A stretch of DNA of 64,000 nt from NCBI GenBank assembly GCA_000091205.1, contig AP006490.2. One strand, 5' to 3'. Below the pieces are notes generated by a model. The model saw only the letters and a list, made by a program, of their open reading frames with translations, was not told the origin of the DNA and ran no database searches. Shown here one piece after another: positions 30,133 through 42,011 of the stretch. The first letter of the stretch is position 1; each line of letters opens with the position of its first letter. The DNA is from Cyanidioschyzon merolae. Its lineage: Eukaryota. Both the position numbers and the translations under genes were made by a program.

Positions 30133-32073
30133 ATGGAACCGAAACCTACTGTGTTCAACTCTTTAACTCGTGAAAAGGAGCAGATTACCCTTTCATCGGA
30201 TCGCAGCTTTCTGAGCTGGTATATCTGCGGACCAACGGTCTACGATGCCGCACACGTGGGGCACGCGCGGAACTACGTCTCTTTCGACATCGTTCGACGC
30301 TTGCTCGTTGATTATTTCGGCATACCGGTACTTTATCAAATGAACATAACGGATGTTGACGATAAAATCATTCAAAAGTCGTTTGATTCTGGGGAGAGCT
30401 TCACAAACATAGCGCGTCGGTTCGAGGCGGACTTTTTCGACGACCTGGAAGCGCTGCACTGCCTGCCACCGGACGTTGTTACCCGAGTGACCGAGTACAT
30501 TCCTGAGATAACGGCATATGTTCGCAAACTTATGGAACGTGGATATGCCTACGAGGCGGCCTCTGGTTCCGTCTACTTTGACGTGGAAGCGTTTGAGCGA
30601 AGTGGACGACACCGTTTTGGGAAGCTCAGGCCTGCCGCTGCCGCAGCAGCAACGAGCGTTGAGACCCGACCGCATGCGGGTGCAAACGGGGTCGATCCTC
30701 CCAGCCTTGAGCAGCTCTCTGTCCAGGAAGAAAAACGGAACCCTCGAGACGCTGCTCTGTGGAAAGCCTCCAAGTCAGCAATGGAGCCAGGTTGGGAAAG
30801 TAACGGTCTAGCGCGGGGGCGTCCCGGCTGGCACATTGAATGTGCGGTCATGGCGTCGCTGGTCAGCTGTGCGGGTACGACACACTTGGATATTCACACC
30901 GGTGGTATCGATCTCGAGTTTCCGCATCATGACAATGAGATCGCGGAAGCGGAAGCGTACTTCGAGACCGACCTGTGGTCACGCTACTTTCTCCATTCGG
31001 GGCATTTGAATATTGAGGGCCTCAAAATGTCCAAATCGCTGAAAAATTTCATTACCATTCGTGAAGTTCTCCGTCGATGGAATTGGCGCCAACTACGTGT
31101 TCTGTTTCTCATGCACCATTACCAGACGACCATGAACTATTCTGAAGAGAGCATGACACATGCGGCAGCAGTCGAAAGGACCATCCAGGAATTTATGCGT
31201 TCTACAGAGGCAGAGCTGCGGGCGCACTTGCCCGAGGAACGCCATCGGAAGCCCACAAAAGTCGATCTAGAGCTCTTATACCAGGTACTGCCTGCAACTG
31301 AGGCCACTGTTCGTGCCCACCTGAGCGACAACTTCAACACACAGGACGCGTTGCAGGACTTGCTTACACTGATTCGCACGGTGAATCTCCATCGGCATGA
31401 AACACCGGGGGGCGTTGGATACGCCACTCTACATCACATACGCAGCTCCGTCGGTCGTATACTATCTTGTTTCGGTCTTGACTACGACGTCAAGGATGAT
31501 GTCGCGTCCCAGGGCGGAGCTGCACTGGCCTCCGTCGAACCGTGGATTCAGGGGGCCGTGCGCCTCCGCGACCAGATTCGCGAAGTTGTACTTTCGGCGG
31601 ATGCAAATACTGACGCGAACGCCCTCAAAGAAAGTATTCTTGCGGTGTGCGACGAGTTTCGGGATGCGGTATTACCGCCTCTGGGGGTACGGCTCGAGGA
31701 TCGGACGTATCCGAAACCAGCAATCTGGAAATACGATGATCCTGCGGCTATTCAGGCGGACATCGAGCAGCGGCGGCAAGCCGAAGCTGCGCGAGCAGCG
31801 GAGAAAGAGGCCCGTCGTAGAGAAGCGGAACAGCGGCTCTTGAAAGAGCTCGAACAAGGTCGCACGCATCCTAGTCAAATGTTCCTGGACCCGAGTCTCT
31901 ATTCCCAATGGCGAGAGGACGGCATTCCGACGCATGACGCCGAGGGTCGCGAACTCGAAAAATCTCGCGTGAAGCGACTCTTGAAAGAGCAACAGCGTCA
32001 AGAGCGTCTACATCGCAAATTTCTGGAAGCACAGGCTTCGGGCCTCTTGTCCAAACTTGGCATGGAGCCTTGA
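30133..32073 (+). CDS. Cysteinyl-tRNA synthetase (class I aaRS), 646 aa
   Basis: HIGH motif 'AAHVGHARNY' and KMSKS motif 'KMSKSLKNF' are present and the protein is collinear with CysRS. The Lys/Arg/Glu-rich C-terminal extension is typical of eukaryotes. Confidence 0.9.
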   Translation: MEPKPTVFNSLTREKEQITLSSDRSFLSWYICGPTVYDAAHVGHARNYVSFDIVRRLLVDYFGIPVLYQMNITDVDDKIIQKSFDSGESFTNIARRFEADFFDDLEALHCLPPDVVTRVTEYIPEITAYVRKLMERGYAYEAASGSVYFDVEAFERSGRHRFGKLRPAAAAAATSVETRPHAGANGVDPPSLEQLSVQEEKRNPRDAALWKASKSAMEPGWESNGLARGRPGWHIECAVMASLVSCAGTTHLDIHTGGIDLEFPHHDNEIAEAEAYFETDLWSRYFLHSGHLNIEGLKMSKSLKNFITIREVLRRWNWRQLRVLFLMHHYQTTMNYSEESMTHAAAVERTIQEFMRSTEAELRAHLPEERHRKPTKVDLELLYQVLPATEATVRAHLSDNFNTQDALQDLLTLIRTVNLHRHETPGGVGYATLHHIRSSVGRILSCFGLDYDVKDDVASQGGAALASVEPWIQGAVRLRDQIREVVLSADANTDANALKESILAVCDEFRDAVLPPLGVRLEDRTYPKPAIWKYDDPAAIQADIEQRRQAEAARAAEKEARRREAEQRLLKELEQGRTHPSQMFLDPSLYSQWREDGIPTHDAEGRELEKSRVKRLLKEQQRQERLHRKFLEAQASGLLSKLGMEP

Positions 32074-32316
32074 CACCCATCTGATCAATATGCTTCTCGC
32101 ACCGAGACTGGTTTCATTCGCGAAGATGTAGACGTCGGGCTTACGATCTATCACGTACCATGAAAGTCTCCAGCGAGCGCTTGCTACGAAACAGCAGCGA
32201 ATTTGGCGCCGCCGGTTACGTTCGCAGACAATCGCTCAGCGCCAAGGCCAGCAACGTTATCGATACCCAAACGCATTCGGCCCGACAAGCGAGCTGTCGC
32301 GAAGGAACTGTACGTT

Positions 32317-33237
32317 TCAAAGCGAGCGGAAACGTTTCTGACTTGGCGTACGGCGCCGAGTGCGCAACCACTGCCAGTCCAGCGTTGGCAGAAGCGTGCA
32401 CAAGGCATCTTCTAGTCGCGGTTGATGACCATGATCTAAACGCCACCAGTACTCGACGACGTTCCAAAACACGAGTGGTGACACCTGTGCCATTTTCGCT
32501 GGTCGCAAATTCTCTCTATGTTCAGGAGGCATGCCGTAGACCTCCCGAATGATTTCCCGCAGCACATCCACAGGCAGACTGCGCACATGGGTGTCTTCGT
32601 GCATTGCCGTGCGTGCGCCCATCTTGGGATACTGCACGATCCAAAAGCGAGACGCATTCCCGGAAGCACCAGTGTCAGCGTGGTCGGACTCCTCGCGTAC
32701 CACGTGATATGAGCGTGCGAGTGCCGCTCGGTACCGATCCGCCGCTCGTACCTCCTGGTCGTGTTCAGTGCGCGCTTCACGCAGCGCTCTGCGAAACGCC
32801 TGTGCTTCCCGAGCACTCCCCGCTGAGCCCGATAACGCGTTTACGAGTTGCGTTCCCAGTGCAGCAGTCGCCTCAGCGGGTTGAATCGCTGCATCCGTTG
32901 CCAGTTGTTTCGCACCCCGGGTGCCAACAGGTCGCTTTCTATTTCTGGACGCAGTGTTCGTGTTCGTGCTCGGTCTTCGTCGATGGTGTGGCGTCTCAGG
33001 CACAGTGCTTTCCAGCAGAATCGTATCCAGGGGCTGAATATCCGCCGCAGTCTCCACTAACCGCGGTGGAACGCCAGCCCGCAGACGCTGACATGCAACG
33101 GGTACAGCGAACACCTGCTCAAGCCGCTGTCGCAGAGCCTCCAGACCGTGCTCGCCGGTCAAGTCGACCTCGTCGAGCACCTCCGCACGACCGGTACCCA
33201 CGTGCCGCACACATACACGAGCACAGTTGCGAGACAT
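32317..33237 (-). CDS. Hypothetical protein, 306 aa; the N-terminal roughly 70 aa have a ubiquitin-like fold pattern
   Basis: Uninterrupted ORF. No firm motif. Confidence 0.4.
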   Translation of the reverse strand: MSRNCARVCVRHVGTGRAEVLDEVDLTGEHGLEALRQRLEQVFAVPVACQRLRAGVPPRLVETAADIQPLDTILLESTVPETPHHRRRPSTNTNTASRNRKRPVGTRGAKQLATDAAIQPAEATAALGTQLVNALSGSAGSAREAQAFRRALREARTEHDQEVRAADRYRAALARSYHVVREESDHADTGASGNASRFWIVQYPKMGARTAMHEDTHVRSLPVDVLREIIREVYGMPPEHRENLRPAKMAQVSPLVFWNVVEYWWRLDHGHQPRLEDALCTLLPTLDWQWLRTRRRTPSQKRFRSL

Positions 33238-33482
33238 AGACTAAGAAATGAGTGGCGATACGGAGTAGCCGGTCAGGGCGCCACACGGACCATTGGTGCG
33301 TCAGCGTGTGGTCGATTTGCGGCCGCGTTCGTATCGCTGGTGTTGCGCTATGCGCCGACTCCAGGCTTTCGCTCGCTCCTTACTGGGCATTGTCGATACC
33401 TACATACGTACAGACGTACGAACAAATCGTAGACTCGGTGGAGTTGACGCGTTGACGGACTGGCGAACGACGGACGAGACGT

Positions 33483-34100
33483 ATGGCCTGTGCGCAAACC
33501 ATGTCTCTTTTGGTTGAAGACGAGGAGACCGGCCACGCTGACAAGGAAGGTCAAATCAGCGGGGCGCGTGTTCGGAAGGTGGTGCCAGCGCCCTGGTGTC
33601 GCAACCCGTTGGTCGAGATTCTGGTGATTTACAACGCCGACTCGACACTCGTGGGAGAGGTTCGATATTTTTTGCAAAAGGTGCTATTTCATAACTACTG
33701 CGCTGCTTGTGTGCTGACGCACGGACGGCGTAGCGAGAAGCCCGAGTGGGTCGCGCTCAAGTCCGGGCAGCACGACTGGGGTTCCAGGGTTCGCCTCCGG
33801 AACGTCCACCGAGACGAGATAGGACCAGAGGCCCGAAAGGTCGCCGGCAAACATCTGCCTTGTGTGCTGGGACGACTGGAGAACGGGTCGTACTTGTTGC
33901 TGCTCACGCGCGAGGAGCTCGAGCTCTGTAACGGCCACGTGGGCGGGTTCCGGGAGCGCCTCAGCGAAACCCTGGTCCGGCACGGTCTCTTTGTCTGGCT
34001 GGATGGCACTACAGGGGACGCGACCTTAACCAATGGTGCCTGCAAGATGGTCGCGGAGCACCTCGAGAATACGAATGCGACTGTAACGCATTCTCGATAG
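33483..34100 (+). CDS. Hypothetical protein, 205 aa
   Basis: Uninterrupted ORF with a plausible codon pattern. No motif recognised. Confidence 0.4.
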   Translation: MACAQTMSLLVEDEETGHADKEGQISGARVRKVVPAPWCRNPLVEILVIYNADSTLVGEVRYFLQKVLFHNYCAACVLTHGRRSEKPEWVALKSGQHDWGSRVRLRNVHRDEIGPEARKVAGKHLPCVLGRLENGSYLLLLTREELELCNGHVGGFRERLSETLVRHGLFVWLDGTTGDATLTNGACKMVAEHLENTNATVTHSR

Positions 34101-34959
34101 GGATGCTAGTCTGTGGTATATTGGTTGTGTGTTTGAATTTCACTGCATCCGAGCAGAAGCTCCCGGATGCGTCCGTGTTACGGGCAACCAGGACAAAAAC
34201 CCGGATTCTTCCTCGAATGCTTCCACTGTTGACGGGCCCAGTAGAGTTTTCCGGTAAGGAGCAGACAGCGGCGACATGCCGGCACCGTCCGCGTGCCGGC
34301 CTGAGCGCAAAACTCGCATCCAGACCGAACCGTTTTTGGCGGTAAGATGCGGATGTTTGCCCGATGCAAGGTACGGTTGCATGCCCCTTGAAGTGCTTTC
34401 TCGTGCGAATGCCACATTTATGTTCGTGAACACGATTGCTCATCATGTTGTTGGATACGGAGATCGATATAGCAATCAGACAGGAAGGATCCATACGAAC
34501 GGCCTGCGCGGTGCATTTGAAATCTCTTTTTTCAATCCATTATCGGCGTTGTTTGAACGCCGCCCCATACCACGCTGATTTAGCTGCTCCTTAAACCCCA
34601 GAGTACCTCAATTGTGGACCCGCTCTTGCAGTGAACGCTGGCGCACCTATTCTTGCGGTAGTCATTCGACCGCGGCGCTGAACAACGTTCCGAATGGCGC
34701 AGCGTGCCACGCCCGTGATAACTCCCGCTTCTGGGGTTCTGTGCAGTCCTGGGGCTCCCAGACTCGTAGCGTATTATTCTTGTCTATGCACGGCGGGTCC
34801 GGGTTCCCGTGCGCATCCCAGGATATTGCACTGGTTTGACGCTTGGGAACGTGTGCTCCCGACGCAAGGCGCCTCAGACTCGCATCGACTCGGTTTACGG
34901 CAGGGGCTCCTGCGCAAAGCCTTCATGCTTCGATACGCAACGATCTTGACACTTCGAAG

Positions 34960-35300
34960 CGCTATGATGAGCGAAGCACCCGTTGTACGCAGTTTTGCTG
35001 CGTCGTTCCGTGCAGGCCTCTGACGCACCTGTTTGCGTAGCAGCGGTCAAACGTGGAACGTCAGCAGACGAAAACTGCCCTGACGCATCGATTATACGCA
35101 GTTTTGCTGCGTCGTTCCGTGCAGGCCTCTGACGCACCTGTTTGCATAGCAGCGGTCAAACGTGGAACGTCAGCAGACGAAAACTGCCCTGACGCATCCA
35201 TTGTACGCAGTTTTGCTGCGTCGTTCCGTGCAGGCCTCTGACGCACCTGTTTGCATAGCAGCGGTCAAACGTGGAACGTCAGCAAACGAAAACTGCCCAG
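34960..35300. repeat. Tandem repeat of a 109-bp unit, about 3.2 copies. Each unit is bounded by an inverted repeat (GCAGTTTTGCTG...CAGACGAAAACTGC).
   Basis: Units start at 34989, 35098 and 35207 and are about 97% identical. The repeat generates the repeated 'RSFAASFRAGL' and 'MRQRPARNDAAKLR' artefact ORFs. Confidence 0.9.
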
Positions 35301-35437
35301 TATCAAGCCTCGCCACCCCGCGAGCCAGGCCATCGGCGCAGTGGGCAAGCGCGCAGCAGCGGCAACTGGAACGATCGGCATGGCGCAGTGAAGTCTTTAT
35401 ATACAAATTTTGTGGAACGTTCATAGCGAGTTCCTGT

Positions 35438-35571
35438 TTCTCGCGTGGTCTAGTGACCGCATCGAGCGACTAGATGTTAGCGTCAAATCGCGTCTGCCTG
35501 AAGCAGACCTTGACAACTCAGATGCCTGGCTTTCACCCAGGAGATCGCGGGTTCGAACCCCGCCGCGAGAA
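35438..35571 (+). tRNA. tRNA-Glu(UUC)-like gene with a roughly 60-nt insertion in the D-loop region. It may be a noncanonically interrupted tRNA or a pseudogene.
   Basis: Acceptor TCTCGCG/CGCGAGA with discriminator A. The Glu-like D-loop 'TGGTCTAGTG' is followed by an insert with two internal hairpins (TCTAGT..ACTAGA and GTCTGC..GCAGAC). Anticodon arm is CCTGG-CTTTCAC-CCAGG with anticodon TTC. T-arm is GCGGG-TTCGAAC-CCCGC. Confidence 0.45.
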
Positions 35572-36515
35572 ACCCCTTTTGACATCTTTTCGAATTGGCA
35601 GCGTACTGAGCAAGCGGCTCCCGCGCCGCGTTGGACGTGAAAACGCGTCACCTAAAGAGGCTGCCATCTGTTGTGCATAGTGCAGACTCGTGTTTTGCGT
35701 CGATCTTGCTTTTTGATGCCTATGGATGTGTGGGCATGAGGCCAGCATCATCAACGCTTTACCGTTCCATGCGCGCAAGTTCACGAGATCTGTCCGGGGC
35801 CCAGACGTTGCGTCGCACAGGTACGGTGTGCGAACGGGTATTCGACACTGAATGTGCCGCAGCGACGAAGCGGGTATTGTCGGGCGGGTACCCGGCGAGC
35901 GCTCTACCTACCAGCGCAAGCGCACGAGGGGTGCAAGGAGCAGTGAGCGGGCCCGGCGTCACGTCAGTAACGACGTTGTACGCGAGCATTTGGGGTACAG
36001 GTGTGCCAGGCTGGTACCCGGAGGACGTGTTGTTAGCACGCTCACAATGCGTCCATGCGGAGAATCCGGGGAATCCTTTTCTGCCGCGCAGTGCTTTCAA
36101 TATGCGGGGTCATGCAACCGAGTCAGCGCGTGCATGTTTTCGATCGCGACGCGGGTGCGATTCACGCTGCTGTACCCAGTGGGACGCTCAGTTGCGGAAA
36201 TAGCGTGGAGTTGGTGTGCAATGCTGGGGCCTGGTTGCTCGTGATCCGTTTCGCTGCAACCTGATCATGGGTTCTCGCATGGGGTGGCGGATGGCATTGG
36301 TAGTGCCGTTTGTCGGCTGTGCGCTTGAGCGGGCAAAAAAAGAGCCGGTTGAGAGCGCTGTATGATAGCCGTTACACCACGCCGGATGTGGACGGGGCGA
36401 TTTCCGGCGCCGGGATGTTCGAGGTGTCCGATCGAACCCGGATCTCAGCGGCGCTTTGCCGGAGCTGTCAAGTATAAGCGTGAAATCCGTATATAAAGCC
36501 TTGTGAGGCTTTGGA

Positions 36516-37532
36516 TTGATCGATGCCAGTCGGCTGATGCCTTGGGCGCTACGGGGTGCTGCAGCTTGCCGGTGTCGAGGATTCCAGCCCAGTATTGCAG
36601 TCTTTATGTGGGTCACGAGTGCGTATGCTCGTGGAAACCGGTTTGCAAGGTTCTTCGGCAGGCCCCGTTCTGCAGGAACGTGCGTCAGCGGGAGAATGTG
36701 TTCCATGGAGGTGCCCGCTCCAGCACACTATTCCGGGAACGTCAGCGACGACTTGGTCGCTCTCGCGCGAAGGATCGCTTCGGCCGGGTCTCAGGTGGTT
36801 GCTCGGCACTTTCGCCGAAAGGATTCCTACGTATCTTATACGAAAAAGGACCGCAGTCCTGTAACTGAGATTGACCGACAGGCCGAAGAGGCCATGCGTG
36901 CGGTTATTCGACGTGACGCGCCCGCAGCGCTGCAGGGGGTTCTCGGCGAGGAGCTGTCCGACTCGGACGTCAACCCACGCACTGGAGGCTTTCTCTGGGT
37001 GCTGGATCCGATTGATGGAACCAAAGCTTTCATGTGTGGAAAACCGACTTTTGCTACCCTGGTGGCCCTGCTGCGAGACGGCGAGCCCGTTCTCGGTATC
37101 ATTGAGCAGCCGTTTCTTGGCGAGTGCTGGCTTGGTGTCCACGGGCGACCGACGCTATGGAACACCCAAGTTGCGCATACTAACCAAACAAATACTGAGT
37201 TGTCAGCTGCAATTCTAAGCGCAACAACACCGGCTATGTTCCAGCACGCAAACCGCGAACGTTTCTTCGAGGGACTGGCAGCAAAAGTTTGGCAGGTGGT
37301 TTATGGCTGTGATAGCTACGCGTATGGCCTGCTCGCTGCCGGGTTCATCGACATCGTTGCTGAGGCAGATTTGAAACCCTGGGACTACATGGCCTTGGTT
37401 CCGATCGTTACTGGTGCTGGAGGTATCATCACTGACTGGAATGGTCAGGCGTTAACAGTGGAAAGCGACGGCCGAGTGTTAGCAGCTGCAAACCCCGAAC
37501 TTCACCGAAAAGCGCTCACAGCATTGCAGTAA
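36516..37532 (+). CDS. Inositol monophosphatase family protein (IMPase / histidinol-phosphatase / bisphosphate nucleotidase-like); start probably at the internal Met about 36705 (MEVPAPAHY...)
   Basis: Motifs 'WVLDPIDGTKAF' and 'KPWDYMALVPIVTGAGG' (WD-x-AAG) are present, plus a metal-binding 'EEL' region. Confidence 0.85.
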   Translation: MIDASRLMPWALRGAAACRCRGFQPSIAVFMWVTSAYARGNRFARFFGRPRSAGTCVSGRMCSMEVPAPAHYSGNVSDDLVALARRIASAGSQVVARHFRRKDSYVSYTKKDRSPVTEIDRQAEEAMRAVIRRDAPAALQGVLGEELSDSDVNPRTGGFLWVLDPIDGTKAFMCGKPTFATLVALLRDGEPVLGIIEQPFLGECWLGVHGRPTLWNTQVAHTNQTNTELSAAILSATTPAMFQHANRERFFEGLAAKVWQVVYGCDSYAYGLLAAGFIDIVAEADLKPWDYMALVPIVTGAGGIITDWNGQALTVESDGRVLAAANPELHRKALTALQ

Positions 37533-40332
37533 TCGTGGACGAGATGATCAGGCTGTTTGCAGTAATGCCCGCGTATTTCCTCAGGGCGCTCCGTACCGAT
37601 GGTGGCACCAATACAGGTACCTTGGAACCAGCATTCCACCTGCGTATCGGGGCGATTCCTGCTCGCTTTCAGAGTGCATTCTTTCGGTCGGTGTGCCTGC
37701 GTCGACGTGGTGCGGAAAAGCTGCGGTAGAGTTTGTTTTTGCGCGTGGTTCCGCTTGGTAGCATCGATTTATCCAGCCCCGGCAACTGAGCCGAGCTTAG
37801 CACGACAAGAGCATGCGCTCGCGCTTGTTCAGGGATATTCTGTGTACGCTCTAGGCGCTCTTTTTTTCTACATGGTAGAAACTCGAGTCCATGCGCCTCC
37901 AGCTGGTCGAGGTATCGCATGCACCTGCTGGTCTTGTTTTTGACCGCGAACCCGCCTCGCGCATCATTCGTACCGGTTTTATTCGGCTGTTGCTGCGCTT
38001 TGCAGAGAATTCCGGAACACCTGTACTAGCACGCCATTTTCTCTGGTAGGTATTCTATAGAAGAAATGTCTCTTGTAGATCGCGGGAAGATCGCGGAGAG
38101 ACTTGATGCATTCAACACATGCTCGAGACAAAAGGCCTTCATTCGATAGGTCTATGATTCTAACATCTGCAAGAGGATGAACCACGCTTGTCGTAGTCCT
38201 CATCCTGAACATCATGCACTAAAAGCAGGACTTGTGGCACTCTACGTATCAGAGCGTCTGCTCATTCATGCATTCCACACCGTAAGTAGTCTAAAAAGTC
38301 CCCCCCCCCCCCACCCCCAAAGAATCCATAAGATATAAAGTTTCCATACATTTGATTCGAAGGCTGACCAAGAGATGCGCATGGACATAGAATCATGTAC
38401 GCTTCTAACTGCGAATGTCGTGCGCTCAACAAAAATTCTGTCCATTCCGTACGGAAACCCGAACGCTCATTCCATTAGGAATTGATTTCGTCTCAGTCAG
38501 TGAAAGCCCATCCAGGAGAAACGATTCATCTCTAAATGGATACTATAAGAATACCCATGCAACGATGCTGGTGAAGAAGAGCTAAACGAGCACGACGAAG
38601 ATGCCATGCCAAGCAGCGGTACGGTCATGTGCTCGCCAACAAATCGGCAATCGGACAGAACGGATCTGCATTTCATCCTCTTTAAAAAAAGCTCTCTTCG
38701 CGGCTTCTCAATCCCGAATGCTTTTGGCCTGCACTCAGAAAACGTCGCTTTCCACCACACAAAAGCGATCAAGGAGTGCCTGGTTGAGACTGTGATTGAG
38801 CTGCTCTCCGTGGGAGCCCGGGTTCCGAGGTTCAGTCGAGTCAACGGCGTCTCCGCTGTTGACGAAAGCTCTGTTTCGGCTCACGGCTCATTCGACGAGT
38901 CGTTCGCATTCATGGCACCGAGAGCTGCCGGACGGCATTCGGGATGGTGTCGGTTCTTGCTCATGGGAGGCTCGGCGAGCTTCTCCCGCACTCCTGCAGC
39001 GTTTCGAGCATCCGAGGGTAGTAGTTCCGGAAGCGGTGATGTCAGTTGTCCGCATTCCTGTAGCATTTTTTCATCAAAACTTGGTGCAACAAGACAGCTG
39101 ATACTCGGGATCCAAGTCTAACACGGCCTCATCTTAGGATCAGAGATATGCACACACGCTTTCCGAAACCTCAAGAGAAGTAGCTGTACGTGGGTAATCA
39201 GAACGTCTACAGAGCAGGCGCCTGAAAGTATCCAACGAAACATTAAACCCGTATGCGGGTCAATGTCAATTGCTTCATGAAGCGCACCCTGTGGGCGTAG
39301 TACCCCCAACGTACCGGTCTTCGAAAAGCGAGTACTCATCACACAGGGGCCTTGGAATGTCCATGATGGCAAATGACGCGAGCGAGCATCGCCTCGGATC
39401 GTCCAGACCCATCGTGTAGCGCTTGGCTTCGGATCGACGAACGTTGTATCCAACGGATGGTGGGCGCGTCATGCCTGTCCTGCTTGCATCGTACGCTCCT
39501 ACGCTCTGCTGATTAGAGCTCTCCAGCACAGAGCAGACTCCATCCACGAATAGAAGAGGATAATCAATTAGAAACTGATACACAATATGACGGACGACAA
39601 GCCGCCCGGACTTGCGTTATCGAGACAATCGAATGCGAGATTCTCTCTACAGCGTGATCCTAGCAGCAAGCATGCGCACAAGCATTTCCTGAATCGAGAC
39701 TTGGGCGCCTCCAGCTGCATCTCAAAAAGCGTCGTGCTTCCGGAACGTGCAGCGGTATTGTTTCGAGCGAGCATCCCATGTAATGGTGTGGTACGCAGTG
39801 CGGGCAGCATCTGGAAACGCTCAAGACCTCCGTTTCGACCTAACCATTGGCCAGGAGTGCGGGTATTGGATTCTCGCCCGAAGCAAGGCACTCGTATGGC
39901 ACGGTCAGCGATCTAGCAAGGCTGCGATACCGTCCATATGGATCGTAAATAACTTTCCTGGGCTATTGGTGAACGATCGTGAAAGCCCATGATTCGATGC
40001 TACTTGGCATACTGCGCAGCCTCTGATGCGCGGCTCCCGGATCACTGGTGGAAAGATGGGTAGTAACGTCCATCGTTGCACATCCACAGGCATCTCTCTG
40101 TGTCTCTCTAATGCAAGACTCTTGGATTCCTGTTGAAAAAAAGGGCGTTGGCGTCTGTCGCTGTACAAAAACCGGCATCTCAGTGCGAGTGCCGCTGCCC
40201 TCAGACTGCTGCGACCGCGAGTCATCGCAGCGCCGCTCTGAACCTTGATCAGATGCTTTCACCAAGCGAACCCAGTGCTCTTTGCATCCGCCTTGTTAAA
40301 AAAAGGTCATCAGGGTTGGCACAACAAGTTCG

Positions 40333-41019
40333 TCACTCACCAAATGTGTTGGTTGCAGGGTGCGCGCTTCGCCACTGCTCGGCCCGCGGTGCGCTGAAAC
40401 ACGACGCGTTGCCCTCGACTTCCCCCAGGATACAACAACGCACGGCTATCCAGTCAGAAACTCGGTTATAATGGATCCAGCGAGCCTCCGAGGCGCCCTG
40501 TCCCGCCGCCTCAATAAGAACTGCCGCCAGTAGGTGCTTACATAACGATATGTCCGCACAGCTACACGAACAGCGTAGAGGGCACGATTCACACAGGTAG
40601 GGCGCCCCTGAAAGCGGTCGACCTGGTCGAACAAGCGCAAACCACTGAGCCTTAGTACAGTGCAGCGTGATGCGTTTTGATTCGCTCGCAGCGAGTTCCA
40701 GTGCTGCATCCAAGGTTGCCGCGTTGCAGCCACTCAGAACATAGAGCGCAACAAGCTGGTCGTTGGTTAGCGTGCCGCGACTTGCTCGAAGCTCTTCAAC
40801 GAGTCGATTGAAAAGCTCTTCCGTCCATAGTTCTGCTAAACGAGCTGCTGCGTCGTCGTCCAACCTGCTGTCTACGTCCATGACAACACAACAGAAAGGT
40901 GTGGGATTTTGAGATCTGACGTCAACGCGACGCGGTCTAGGCACCTCACCGTTGCAGCGAACGCGGCGCTTCCAGTCGTCAGAAGCAGCGTCTCGGAGCT
41001 CTATTTCTGAAACAAGCAA
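40333..41019 (-). CDS. SWIM-type zinc-finger protein (SWS1/Shu2-like?)
   Basis: The CxCxnCxH pattern appears as 'CSCSCADISLCKH' near the C-terminus. The ORF is 228 aa. Confidence 0.45.
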   Translation of the reverse strand: MLVSEIELRDAASDDWKRRVRCNGEVPRPRRVDVRSQNPTPFCCVVMDVDSRLDDDAAARLAELWTEELFNRLVEELRASRGTLTNDQLVALYVLSGCNAATLDAALELAASESKRITLHCTKAQWFALVRPGRPLSGAPYLCESCPLRCSCSCADISLCKHLLAAVLIEAAGQGASEARWIHYNRVSDWIAVRCCILGEVEGNASCFSAPRAEQWRSAHPATNTFGE

Positions 41020-41523
41020 CGCAAGAGCTTTTAACTTTATTTAAAAACACTATCCGCCAGACAAATACGATGGTGTCAGCGAAGAACGCTGTACGCAGAT
41101 CATACAACGAGCGGTGGAGCCGGACGAAGCACACGAACGACACCGTCGTGAATCCAAGCAGGGGCACTGGTGCCGTTCGAGCCCCCGTGGATACCATCGA
41201 GGCTCCAACGCGTTGACGCGAAGCACGAAAGGTTGCGGAACGCGCTATGCCGCAAATATGGCACTGCCGTGTCTGCTGGCTTTCGATCAGCAAACAAAAG
41301 GTTCAGTTGTGTGCTCTGAGACGCAACTCATCAATCCAGTGCATCGGTTTTGGAACCTTTGATGTGCAGCGCAAAGCATATCGTAATGCAGAGCGGGTGT
41401 TTCAGAAACACGCTTGGCCTCGCCCGCGGCATCAATGGCCGGTGCGGACGCTTGTGATCCTTCCGTGCACATGTGCAACATTCCCAGAGATGCCCGCCAT
41501 ATACTGATGCCCATGAGCGTCGT

Positions 41524-41550
41524 AGCAGCAGCAGCAGCAGCAGCAGCAGC
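41524..41550. repeat. (CAG)9 microsatellite
   Basis: 'agcagcagcagcagcagcagcagcagc'. Confidence 0.95.
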
Positions 41551-42011
41551 TTCTACGCAAATGCCCCGATAACCTGCCAACACCGCCGTATTCGCAAGCG
41601 ATCATCGTCTGAACGAACAGTGATCTCCAAAGGCAAGTCTCGATGGTGGCGATGGTGATGCCGATGGCATTCGCGTACCCAAAGATCCCTGCTTCAGTGC
41701 TAGAATCTCGCACACCATAAGAAAAGCGAGCGAACATGATGCTCCACTGACGTCTCATGGCGAGCGCATACCGGTGTCGATCGCCGTGCACGAGCAGCAT
41801 CGGCCCCGGCAAGCGCACAACACGACGCACGACAAGCAAAGTCGCAGGCGTGCAAAAATGTAACGCAAAGGCGAACTCGCTCGTTCATCTGGGAGCATCT
41901 GGTTGCTCGCTTCAGCTCTAGACCATAAATAAAGCGCGAACACAAACACATAACGTACCCTTGATCATATCCAGTGAATCCGGGCAGGGCACACCACAAC
42001 AGCCTTCGACA

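Noticed and set aside
34960-35300. Tandem 109-bp array considered as a CRISPR-like array
   Set aside because: The units are directly contiguous with no unique spacers. The genome is eukaryotic and no cas-like genes are nearby. It is a satellite or tandem repeat.
36188-36706. 172-aa minus-strand ORF upstream of, and overlapping, the IMPase-family gene start
   Set aside because: It is antisense to the N-terminal extension of the IMPase ORF, has no motif and is probably noncoding.
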